This document shows, in pieces, positions 53,090 through 64,000 of a stretch of 64,000 bases of DNA. The notes under the pieces were generated by a model. That model ran no database searches. It was not told the origin of the DNA and saw only the letters and a program-made list of their open reading frames with translations. Numbering within the stretch: the stretch's first letter is position 1; the number at the start of each line of letters is the position of its first letter. This DNA is from Malacoraja senta. Taxonomy: Eukaryota. Position numbers and translations under genes: made by a program. The stretch is from NCBI GenBank assembly GCA_038087875.1, contig CM075991.1:13022001-13086000 (forward strand), read 5' to 3'.

Positions 53090-53885
53090 AGTAGGTTGAT
53101 CAGCTAGGTTATTATGCCGAGAAATGGCAAATGGTGTTTAATTGGCATAATTGTGAGTAGTTGTATTTCGGCAAGTCAAAGCTTGGTGCGGGGCTCACAA
53201 CGAACAGAAGGGCCCTAGAGTATGTTGCAGAGCAGAGAACAAATATATAGCTCCTTGAAAGCTACGTCACAGGTAGACAGGGTGGTGAAGAATGCATTTG
53301 GCAGGCTGGCCTTCATCGGTTAGGGCAATGAGCAAAGGAGTTGGGATGTTATGTGGCAGTTGTACAAGATCTTGGTGAGGGAGCATTTGTAGAATTTAGT
53401 TTTGGTTACTCTGCTATAGAAAAGATGGCATTAGATTGGAAAGAGTGCAAAGAATATTTACCGGAATGTTGCTAGGATATGAAGGCCTGAGTAAAAGGGA
53501 AAGTTTTGGCATGGTAGGACTTCATTCCTTGGACTGTAAGGCGATTGAAAGGTGACTTTATATAGAAGGGTATAAAATCATGTGGGTCATAGATAAGGTG
53601 AATCATTTTCTGGAGGGTATATGTGTAAGGTGAGATGGGAACATTTTAAAAGGGACCTGAGTGACAAGTCTTTAACACAGGATATTTGGAATGAGCAGCC
53701 AGAAGAAATGTTTGAGCAGGTACAATTACAACATTTAAAAGACTTTTGGGCGGTACATGGATAAGATAGGTCTAAGGGATATGGGCCAAACGCAGGCAAA
53801 TGGGAATAGCGTAGATGGGGCATCTTGGTGGACGGGTGAATTGGGCTGGTGCCTGTTTCTCTGCTGTAATACTCAATGACTCTAG
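53090..53885 (+). mobile_element. Degraded CR1 3' portion
   Basis: Decayed KWQMVFN, VDRVVKNAFG, LYKILVR and a CR1 3' UTR. Confidence 0.75.
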
Positions 53886-54353
53886 TACATTACACCTGAC
53901 CTACACTATAACAACTGTGTTGTACTCTGGTGCCACTTACAGTAGAGCATGCATCATTCTTTCCTCTCTGGCCCTTATCCCATTTTAATCTCTGTGATTT
54001 GCTTATCTAAGACCTTGCCCCATCATGCACAACGTTTTGTCTCCTTCATAAACCTTGGGATTTATGTGCTTGCTTTCTCTCCCTCACAGCTATCAGGTAC
54101 AGCACACAGATTCCAACTTTATGTTGTAGGTTGAGACGTGAGCACAAAGTACGGACTATCACTTCAGTGCAGTACAGACACACATGTTACCATGTTAACT
54201 GAAGCACCTTTCTTATTTCTCCCTCTGTTCTTTTTCCCTTTCCTTTTATTTTTTCCTTATTCTCCCTCCACTCTGTTCTCTGAAAGAGAGAATGTGGTAG
54301 TGCACAGTCCCAGGATGCCTTCAACTGGAAATGCAGTGGCAGAGATAACTAAC

Positions 54354-54529
54354 TTTTTTTGCCATCAATGTCAGCGTGGAATTTGCGACTAAGAAATCCT
54401 TGCTTGTAGGTGGGGGCTTTGTGATCATGCAGGACCTCCAGGAAAGGGCTGCCTTTGTCCGTGGTGCCTGTTATGTTGATGGTATCTTCAGACATCGGCA
54501 TGATAGATTTCTGCAGCTCTTCATCATCC
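54354..54529 (-). CDS. PSD4: PSD4-like exon (linker and PH start)
   Basis: 176 bp, AG/GT: DDEELQKSIM...SPFLEVLHDHKAPTYKQGFLSRKFHADIDGKK. Confidence 0.9.
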
Positions 54530-55209
54530 CTGGAATAATTAATAGCAAAGAGGATGGATATTAATCTAATTTCTGTATGGTTAGATTTTTAATATTAATT
54601 AGTGTGGCCTGTTATCATTCAGACCCACCAGGATACTGCCATGAAGATATGATATGCATAATTCCAATGGTGATCGGACTGCGCTATGCCTCCTGTCCCC
54701 AACTGAGTTTTGGAAGTTTCTCACTAGATTCTGGATACATTTTTAAACTTTTACTGGATGGATTTTGTATTGACTGGATGTCCCTCACTGCATTCTCTCT
54801 AGACTCATGGCTCAATACTGAGTTCTGCATAAATGTGATGTCCAACACCATGTAGACTGAGCTTGATGGAGACGTAACATTCCAATCTAGGCTCGCTATG
54901 GCCCTGATGCCCAACATCAGATTCTCTGTGAACCTGATCCCCTCTTGGCCCCAGTATGGATCAATTGCCCCTTTGTTCTGTATTGATCTGTTGTCTTTTA
55001 CAAGTGGAGTGACTGTCCAGATCTCATGTCCACATGAACTCCACTATCTGATGTTCCCCATTGGCTCCTGTATACAACTCATGTTTCCCAGTATTTTCTG
55101 ATTGATCTGATGTCCCTCTTTTCACTTTCTCCATGTATCCAGTCAGACAAGGAAGCTTTTATTATGAAATACGTAACACAGTTCCTGGGGTTAAGTGTTA
55201 GGTACTTAC

Positions 55210-55253
55210 ACGGCCCATTCGAGCTTCTTACTTTTTATTGAATGGTAGAGAGC
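55210..55253 (-). CDS. PSD4: PSD4-like exon (Sec7 end)
   Basis: 44 bp, AG/GTAAGT: ALYHSIKSKKLEWA(V). Confidence 0.9.
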
Positions 55254-55691
55254 CTGGAAACCAGAAACAGGGAATGCTTTGAATATTCAATAGAGACAGC
55301 CAGTGAGCAGATAGTTTGGAATGAATACACCATTGACTGTCCAGTTTGCATTAAGTTAGCCAGTACATTTATTTGATATTTACTTTGTTTATGGTTTCAA
55401 TGGAAGATTTACTTCAAGGTCAGGTTAACTTAGATATCAGATATTCAAGATATTATAAATGATTTTTGTTACAGCAGAGTTTTTCTTGGCAAGGATCAAA
55501 TCAGGCGAGGTTTACCATCACTGTCCCGTTACCTTGGCTGGAAAGAACTTTTATTAGATAAGTACTTGCTACTTAAGTTCATATACGCAAAATATTTGCC
55601 AGAAGATGACTGTAATACAAATCTTATCCCAAGAGGGTCAAGATCATCAATTAAAGGGAAGAAAACATTGTTGAAGGGGAAAAGTAATTTA

Positions 55692-55790
<99 letters not shown>

Positions 55791-56383
55791 CTAAAGTGCC
55801 AAAATAAACAACGGTGAAAAAGTACAGTAATAAGGAAATTGGGGTAAGGATGAATTCACATGTTGATTTTTGGATACTAGGTACAATGTGAGCACACATT
55901 TCAAATAAAGCCAAGACTAAACATAGCTGAATATATTATGGCTATGCACACACTTCAGTTTTCCAAGTGCTTAGTGGTCTGTGAATGCCAAGCACAGCAA
56001 ACAGCATCTAATTGAGTTCCTACTATGTCTCAATGCATTGTGGTAGCTAATCCTCACAATAAAACAGCAGAAAGGCTGTAATGATTCCTACTGACCCTGG
56101 ACTTGCGAGAATCAAATAGAGAAAGCTGCCTGGGTCAGATTACTGTCGGGTGTCTTCTGTTTATGCAAATGTCAGGAAAGATCAGGATTGTTCTCTTAAA
56201 AAGTCTGACATTGTCAAAGTAAAAAGCGGAATACTAACAACACGTTGACACGATGACTAGTTAGCTACTTGTATTATTCAAGCTTAAAGGAAGTACACAC
56301 TGTAGTGTATGAATCATCATCACAGGCATCATTGTGTTGTCTTCCACTTTCTGTATAATTTATCCTACTTTTCAATACCACAC

Positions 56384-57705
56384 CTTCTTCTTCTTCTGTC
56401 GTGTGTCTTTTAGACCTGCAGCTCCGTTGAGGCGAGCCAGGCCAACGTGTCATTGTCCAGGTCAATCAGACCTCGTTCACCATTCGGTGGCCGGTGTTTG
56501 GGGCAACTGGTGACTATGTGCTCCACTGTCTGTATTGGGTCCCCACACTCGCAGGAGGCACTCGCTGTCCACGAGGCCCCACCTCTTCATCGCTACTCCA
56601 TAGCGTCCGATGCCTGTCCTCAAGCGGTTGAGGGTTGTCCACTGCTTTCGGGGCAGGTCCTGGCCAGGGACGTCCCTGGGGTCATTGATGTACTGGTGTA
56701 GCCTAGATGGTTCCACTGACTTCCACTGGTCTCTTCATCTCGTCTTGACCCAGGCGGCCTCAGAAGCGTCAGCCGGTGTTGTGCAGAGCAGCTCTTGGGC
56801 TTGCGTGGCAAAGGGGTGCCGTGACTTGAGGCGCACTCGTCGTGGTGTCTCTGTGACGATCTGATGGAGGAGATGGGATTCACTGGTCTGTGCCTTTCGA
56901 GAGAGGGCCAGCGTGGCTGCTTCTCGTCTGATGTTGGCTGGGGAGATGCCAGCGAGGACGGGCAGTTGGTTTACTGGGGTGGCTCGTAGGCATCCGGAGA
57001 CAGTCCGCGGGGCGCTGTTGAGGGCAGCATCCAGCTTCTTGGCGTGAGGGCTACGGCACCAGACCGGGGCGCAGTACTCGGCGGTTGAGAACACCAGGGC
57101 CACTGTGGACATGCGCAGTGTCTTTGTCGTGGCTCCCCATGTGGTGCCGGCTAGGCGGCGTATCAGTGCGGCACGGGCGCTTGTCTTTGCCTTGGCACCT
57201 TCCAGGTGTTGTTTGAATGACAACGTTCTGTCGAGTTTCACACCGAGGTACGTGGGGACGGGCTGGGACCGTAACCGGGCGTTATCCACCATGACGTTCA
57301 TCTCGCGGGTCGCTTCCCTGTTGTTGAGGTGGAACATTGAAGATGTTGTCTTACCCATGCTGAGCTTGAGGCGCCAGTTCCTCAGGTATGAAGACAGGAT
57401 GTTCATGTCTTCAGAGAGGCCCTCTTCTGCTGCTTCCCTGGATGGCTTACTATGTAGGATGGCCAGGTCATCAGCATAGCCATACTTCTTTGACTGGGTT
57501 GCAGGCAGGTCATGGATGTAGATATTGAACAGCATTGGTGCCAACACTGAGCCCTGTGGGACGCCGTTCTTAAGTTTCCTCACCCTGCTGCATTGCCCGT
57601 TGTTGGTGTACAGCCTGAAGCTGCGGTTGCTCAGCATCTCGATGATGAAGCTCACCATGTGCTTGTCTGGGATGGTTTCCAGAAGCTTCATGTGTAGTCC
57701 ACGTC
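56384..57705 (-). mobile_element. Ingi/Vingi-like non-LTR retrotransposon, 5'-truncated, with (GAA)n tail
   Basis: GVPQGSVLAPMLFNIY, YADD, YLGVKLDRTL, WTTLNRLRTGIGR, CECG..QTVEHIVTSC. One in-frame stop at 56735 and one frameshift. CTT repeat at 56384-56396. Confidence 0.75.
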
Positions 57706-58543
57706 TTTGATTAATGTACACATCAATCTAACTCGTTTTGTAATAAGAGTGAATTCTTAAGTCACCCAATGACCTTTTGGCCATGTCAGAAACCCAGCAA
57801 GGGAAAAGTGCTTCTGAAAAGGTTGTGAGTTTGTGTGAGAACAAATGCAACACAGCATGAACAAAATTGATTCTTCATGCAAATGCAAATAGAAAACAGC
57901 TTTGCTTGTACATAGGCAGATTGCTCTAACTTCTGTGGCCTGCTGACAAATCTTCTTTCTCAAAAAAACAATGTTCAGTTTAAACATGATTATTCATTTT
58001 GTGATATCAAGACTTTTCCAATAGGCCAGAATGGACTTCATTCAGAGGTCTCCGATCTGGGTATTTTGACTATCGATAATATGGTTATGTTTAATTGAAT
58101 TATTTAGGATTAACTGTTCATGAATTGATTCTCATCAGATTGCTGATTATTCTGTTCGGTCACTAAACAAAATGGCCAGATTACAACTTGCTTCTCAGTA
58201 GGTGAGCACCATACTACATTTTTGATAAATTTTGATGACTTTGGTTTCCATTATCCACAGGCAGTTTGCAGAACCAGTGGCAGTGGGAAAGATTAAAAAC
58301 CATTTCAACACTTCCTGCAGACTTGGAGCATTGGTCGTGTGAGACTCTTTACAGATATCTGTTTGGTTGGAAACGTCAGATTTTTGAACAATATTGTGCA
58401 CTTTCCGCGAACAGCAGTCTATATTTTAAACTGCCATAGCTATTTTGTACTTATTATCATAAAAGTAGCCAGCCATCATATTTATATATTACACGTTTAA
58501 TTCACCTTGTTTCAAACTTCAGCCAGGGTCCGAAGAAACTTAC

Positions 58544-58602
58544 CTTGCCATGAAGATCTGAATTTAAAAGCATAATTGCACAGGTGAGGGTGTGGACACC
58601 AT
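58544..58602 (-). CDS. PSD4: PSD4-like exon (Sec7 motif 2)
   Basis: 59 bp, AG/GTAAGT: DGVHTLTCAIMLLNSDLHGK. Confidence 0.93.
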
Positions 58603-59598
58603 CTACAGAGAATAAGGAGCAAACGTTATAAGATCAGACAAGCTCTTTTCTTTGTTTTAACTATCATTGTCCTTTTTAATTTCAAGTTAAAATTCGATAT
58701 AATTGGAAACCGAAACAACAATTAACAACTGATCGATTGTTTATATTGCTGGCATTGCCTTGTCACATCTAGAATATACAGGAATTAAATGGAACTATAA
58801 TCTCAGACTGCTGAAACTACTTGGATATGGAGATGGTTTTGCATCATAATGCTCAGTAAAACTAGACATGGAAAGCATTGTGTGCACTTTCACCATCAGG
58901 CTCAATTAATATTGGGTTTTAGGCTGGGTAATAAACTCGAGGTCTCCAGACTTGTATAGTTGTCCATGGACTGACTGCTTGCTCCAGTGCTGGAGAAGCA
59001 GTTGTAAAGGCCCATGGTGTTCCTACTGAAGAAGCAGCTCTATTCCTTCTGACTGCAGATTAAACAATGTTCACTGTTACCTTGTCATTGACACTTTTCA
59101 GTGAGTATATAATGACAAAATTAAATTTGCATAGGTCAAATTACAAAAAGGATATTGAAACTGGCAATTGGGCCTTTTTGTCATTTTGACGGATCTTGTT
59201 TTACTTTATTGATAAAAACACCTGTACAATGCGAACACATGTTCAATGTTTTCCAAGTGGGGCAGGTCCGAGCCCTAAACTGGGCCACTGGCCCTATTTT
59301 CTACCTAGATACCAGTCATAGTTATGTGCTAATTTTACCTTCATGTTTCTTATTGATAGATTAGGTTTAAAAGAATGACTGCTCTTTTTGTCCACAACAA
59401 AGTAAAAAAAAAACAAGATACACTTGCCTGCTGTTTTTAAATTAGATGGGAATAAATTACATATAATAGATGATAACCTTCTGGTTAAGTTATTGGAAAG
59501 CATATTTATTGGACAGACACGTGATCTCAATCTGGGCCCATATGGATAATATAGTAAAGCTGGTGTGCAGTGAGGCTGCTCCAGATAGTTGCTCGTAC

Positions 59599-59711
59599 CT
59601 CGACTGTGAATAATGTCTGGATTACAATGTTGGAAACGATTGGAGAAGCAATGCAACACTCGCTCCCGTTCCTGAGTCTCTCCCGTCAGTGCTAATGCCA
59701 ACAGGAATTTT
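59599..59711 (-). CDS. PSD4: PSD4-like exon (Sec7 catalytic Glu-finger)
   Basis: 113 bp, [41 protein letters not shown]. Confidence 0.93.
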
Positions 59712-59838
59712 CTGTGGACAAAATCAGAAAAGAATCTCACAAAAGATGCACATTAATATTGTCATTAATAGCTTATTAAATATTTGTTTACAAAATAATA
59801 TTCAACCAATAACAAGTTCAAAAGATATCCAAGACTAC

Positions 59839-59919
59839 CTTAGTGCCTGATCAAGGGTCATCTCTCGGAAGTCAAATAGTTGCAGATATTCCTCAGCTAC
59901 CATCTGACTGAATTCATTA
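59839..59919 (-). CDS. PSD4: PSD4-like exon (Sec7)
   Basis: 81 bp, AG/GT: NEFSQMVAEEYLQLFDFREMTLDQAL(R). Confidence 0.92.
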
Positions 59920-60659
59920 CTAAAGGATAAAAAAGGAGAGAAATCTGAGAAGATTGCTTCTGCTTCTTCCGAGTAGGGTTAGTTTGGCAAATAGTCTTAA
60001 CAGTTTTGTTAATTTAGCCAAAGAATATTTGTGCAGACCAACATTGTCAATGATGGTAGAGTAGTGAATATATTTCTGCAATTCCATCAGACATATTAAT
60101 AGAAACATTAGCTGACTTATTTGAAAAATCATCAATTCAATGAAATTCAATGAAACTTGCAGATAAAAAGAGTAAACATGAAAATGTTAAGAATCTGACC
60201 CTAAATGTGGCTTTTTATATGTTTCAATAACTTTGAGTTTAAACTGACACTAGGAATGATTTCCTGCAGGTTGTTAGACTCAGTGCGGGACAGAAACGGG
60301 CATTTGACCCGCCACGTCCATAGATAGATAGATAGATAGATAGATATACCTTTAATAATCCTTTACAGGAAATTACAGTGCCACGACAGCTTCAAGACAG
60401 ACATAACACCACACATTTCCTCAAATAGCTTCCATACTTAACAAGTTAAAATACAAGTTAAAATACAAGTTAAAATACAATTAATGAAACAAAAAGTGCA
60501 GTTATTTATGCGCATTATATAACCTTATAGCAGCTGGTAAACAGGACTTCCTATGTCTCTCAGTTCCATGCCAACCATTTTGCCCATTTACACCAATCCC
60601 ATTTGCCAGCATTATGATGGTGTCTTTCTATGACTTGTCTACTTGTGTATCTGTCTAAA

Positions 60660-61730
60660 TAACAATAACCATAACAGCACGGAAACAGGCCATCTCGGCC
60701 CTTCAAGTCCGTGCCGAACACTTTATTTTTATTTTTTTTAATTTTTATTTTTTTTATTTGTTTTAATTTATTTTATTTACTTCCCCCTAGTCCCATCTAC
60801 CTACACTCAGACCATAACCCTCCATTCCTTTCCCGTCCATATACCCATCCAATCTATTTTTAAAGGATAACATCGAACCTGCCTCCACCACTTCCACTGG
60901 AAGCTCATTCCACACAGCTACCACTCTCTGAGTAAAGAAGTTCCCCCTAATGTTACCCCTAAACTTCTGTCCCTTAATTCTCAAGTCATGTCCCCTTGTT
61001 TGAATCTTCCCTACTCTCAATGGGAAAAGCTTATCCACGTCCACTCTGTCTAACCCGCTCATAATTTTAAAGACCTCTATCAAGTCCCCTCTTAACCTTC
61101 TGCGCTCCAAAGAATAAAGACCTAACTTGTTCAACCTTTCTCTGTAACTTAGTTGCTGAAACCCAGGCAACATTCTAGCAAATCTCCTCTGTACTCTCTC
61201 TATTTTGTTGACATCCTTCCTATAATTAGGCGACCAAAATTGTACTCCATACTCCAGAATTGGCCTCACCAATGCCTTGTACAATTTTAACATTACATCC
61301 CAACTTCTATATTCAATGCTCTGATTTATAAAGGCCAGCACACCAAAAGCTTTCTTTACCACCCTATCTACATGAGATTCCACCTTCAGGGAACTATGCA
61401 CAGTTATTCCTAGATCCCTCTGTTCAACTGCATTCCTCAATTCGCTACCATTTACCATGTACGTCCTATTTTGATTTGTCCTGCCGAGATGTAGCACCTC
61501 ACATTTGTCAGCATTAAACTCCATCTGCCATCTTTCAGCCCACTCTTCCAAATGGCCTAAATCTCTCTGTAGACTTTGAAAATCTACTTCATTATCCACA
61601 ACACCACCTATCTTAGTATCATCTGCATACTTACTAATCCAATTTTCCACACCATCATCCAGATCATTGATGTACATGACAAACAACAGTGGACCCAACA
61701 CAGACCCCTGAGGCACCCCACTAGTCACCG
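60660..61730 (-). mobile_element. CR1 LINE, 5'-truncated in the RT
   Basis: 313-aa ORF 60787-61728: TSGVPQGSVLGP, KYADD, LVRPILEYGVQFWSP. 3' UTR with an internal A-rich tract. Confidence 0.93.
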
Positions 61731-62339
61731 TAAATAATTACAAGTAGTAGGTGAATCTGATTCCATACATCCTCTGGCAGCATGTTCCAGATATCAGCTA
61801 CTTTCTGTTAAAAAAATAACTGCCCCTGCACCCCCCCCCTTTAAATCTCCTACTTTCCACCTTAAAACTATGTTCCCTTGTGTTTAAGTACCCCCACTGT
61901 GGAATAAAGATTTTGACCATCTATTCTCTTTCTGGCACATATAATCGTATGTACTTCTATCAGGTCACCTCTCAGCTTCCTGCACTCCATGGGAAAACAA
62001 ACCCAATCATCCCTGTAACTAAAGTCCCACAGTTTAGGCAACACCCTAATAATTCTCTATACTCTGTCCCAGGGCTGTCAGACTATAGTTCGGCAATTAG
62101 TTGTGATACGTTGTGATTCACGGGACCTTGCTGTGATAAGGCATGGTCTCTGAATTGCAATATTGTACTTGGGAGCATATCACAAGATGACTACACTAAA
62201 TCAGTTTATAATTGTTATCAGTGTAATTGCTAACAGTCTGCATGTTATAATTTTATTTAACCTTTAAATTAGCAGATTTGAGAACTAATTCTTTACCAGA
62301 CTGGCTATAAACCATGTCTTCAGCAGAAGTAATGGCACG

Positions 62340-62635
62340 TCTTGTAAATCTGAAAAATGTGCAATACGGACGAGGTCAGACACGTGGAGTGAGGAGGCCG
62401 CTGCCGAGGGAATGAACAAAGGAGGATCCGGCGTGGGGGGACCAGCATGAGGTAGGGGGAGAACAATGGACAATGGGGACCCGGCGTGGGGGATCGGTGT
62501 GGGTGGGTGGGGGAAGGGGAGAACAAAGAGGGACCTGGCGCAGATACTGTGTATAGTTTGTAACTTTGCCAGCACCCTTATATGGCGACTTTTGCATACC
62601 GTGCGTATGCAAGGAAAGAATTTCACTGACTTCAC
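62340..62635. repeat. Unclassified GC-rich interspersed repeat, related in reverse orientation to ~15270-15400 and ~32222-32580
   Basis: Shared motif order ATTCTTT..TTGC..GTATGCAAA..GTCGCCA..GTTACA..CCC.TTTGT. Confidence 0.55.
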
Positions 62636-62695
62636 TAAAGTATTAATTAATTCATTCAAAACATTATTGTGGAAATTATTGTGTAACGGACGTAC

Positions 62696-62887
62696 TTCTT
62701 TTCTATGTAGGGTGCAATATCCGTCTTCTTAAATCCATCCAGATGGTAGAGTTTGTAAGCCAAGTTAATGGCAACTTCTTGGTCTGGTTTATCCCCATTA
62801 GCCAGTAGAGCTTCAAATTCCATTGTTTCACTTGTGATGCTTGTTTCTGGCAGAATTTGAGGTTGTTGCTTTATCTGAATGACATCA
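62696..62887 (-). CDS. PSD4: PSD4-like exon (Sec7 start)
   Basis: 192 bp, AG/GT: DVIQIKQQ...LLANGDKPDQEVAINLAYKLYHLDGFKKTDIAPYIEK(N). Phase joins the 59919 exon. Confidence 0.9.
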
Positions 62888-63243
62888 CTGTATCAAGGCA
62901 AATAAAATAACAGTCTGTTAAGAATACAAAGCGCTGTAATCACGTGGTATTCTCCTCTTCCACCATCATTTCAGCAGGGGACTGGAATAACCCCACAAAT
63001 CATTTTAGGAATAGGAAACATCTTTTAGGCCTAACAAACCTATCCTTTTGAAACATCAGCTACATATTCTGTAATTCCTTTCTTCCCACAATAAGATCTC
63101 TAAGGTTGCTTTATGCCAGCCCCTTCACTTACCTTCTCATCGGTATCCTTACTTCCAACTTCTTTCAGATTTCTCATCTGCAGATTGGATCTGATGTGAA
63201 TGGATCACAGCTCGTCATTCTCCCACTCAGTATTCATGCAGAA

Positions 63244-63471
63244 AATAGACACAAAAAGCTGGAGTAACTCAGCGGACAGGTAGCATCTCTGGAGATAAGG
63301 AATGGGTGACATTTCAGGTCGAGACTCTTCTTCAGACTGAGTCTGAAAAAGGGCCTCGACCCACAATGTCATCCATTCCTTCTCTCCAGAGATGCTACCT
63401 GTCTCGCTGAGTTACTCCAGCTTTTTGTGTCTAGCATCGGTTTAAACCAGCATCTGCAGTTCCTTCTCACA
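63244..63471. mobile_element. Penelope-derived palindromic repeat with 16-bp TSD
   Basis: Inverted arms centred at ~63339. CAGTATTCATGCAGAA at 63228-63243 and 63472-63487. Confidence 0.88.
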
Positions 63472-63584
63472 CAGTATTCATGCAGAATAACTAGCAGTAA
63501 GTAGCCTTGCATTGGCTCAAATGGGCTAGCATATAAGTAGCTGAGACTATTTGATTATTATTAAGGTTTTGACATGATCCTTAC

Positions 63585-63645
63585 TTTGGTTTCTGACCTC
63601 TGACACGAAGGCTGGCCCTGAAGTGAATTTCCCTTTGGCAGCGTG
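63585..63645 (-). CDS. Probable additional small PSD4-like exon upstream of Sec7
   Basis: gttcttttag/...AAA/gtaagg, 61 bp, open (RCQREIHFRASLRVRGQKP) in the phase needed to join the 62887 exon. No recognisable homology. Confidence 0.45.
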
Positions 63646-64000
63646 CTAAAAGAACAGCTGACCAGAGCAGAGTGAAGCGACTGCTTTAATTACTATTTTT
63701 GTAAGTCGCTGTTGTATTATACTTGTTAAAAGTACCATCTATGACGACTATATTATTGATACAAAATAGCATTGTAATTAGTTCATCAAATATTTTAAGA
63801 TTAAAACCTGAATCACTACACACTGAGTCACGTATCCTTGCTTGACATCTGCCACCGGGTGCCAAATACTATTAACAGGAATACCACAGCTTTGTTTTAA
63901 TCTGAGTAGATGTCAGAGTTGTAGAAGCTTGGACTTTTGCAGCTTTGTGGCTGGCAGCCTATTAATTGCACTAGATGCAGTCAAGCAAATGAATAGGAAA

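Overview
Vertebrate genomic DNA, most likely a cartilaginous fish (skate/ray-like); this is inferred from the HE1-type SINEs, the CR1 families and the Penelope-derived repeats. The right third holds the 3' part of a minus-strand PSD/EFA6-family ARF6-GEF gene. Eleven exons splice in frame (Sec7, PH, coiled-coil tail, stop at 40348) and the C-terminus [15 protein letters not shown] points to PSD4. No other protein gene was recognised in the ~40 kb downstream, which carries repeat-poor blocks resembling conserved enhancers (PAX8 is the 3' neighbour of PSD4 in human). Repeats include CR1, Rex1/Babar, L1/Tx1-like and Ingi/Vingi-like LINEs, a Penelope endonuclease remnant, SINEs and three tandem arrays. 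The most interesting signal is an abundant 100-235 bp non-coding repeat (about 15 copies). It carries a minimal hammerhead-ribozyme motif (CUGAAGA-A-GGGU-CUCG-ACCC-GAAACGUC), often occurs as inverted pairs, and is flanked by 13-16 bp target-site duplications, consistent with a non-autonomous Penelope-mobilised ribozyme retroelement. All calls were made by eye with no database search; repeat boundaries are approximate.
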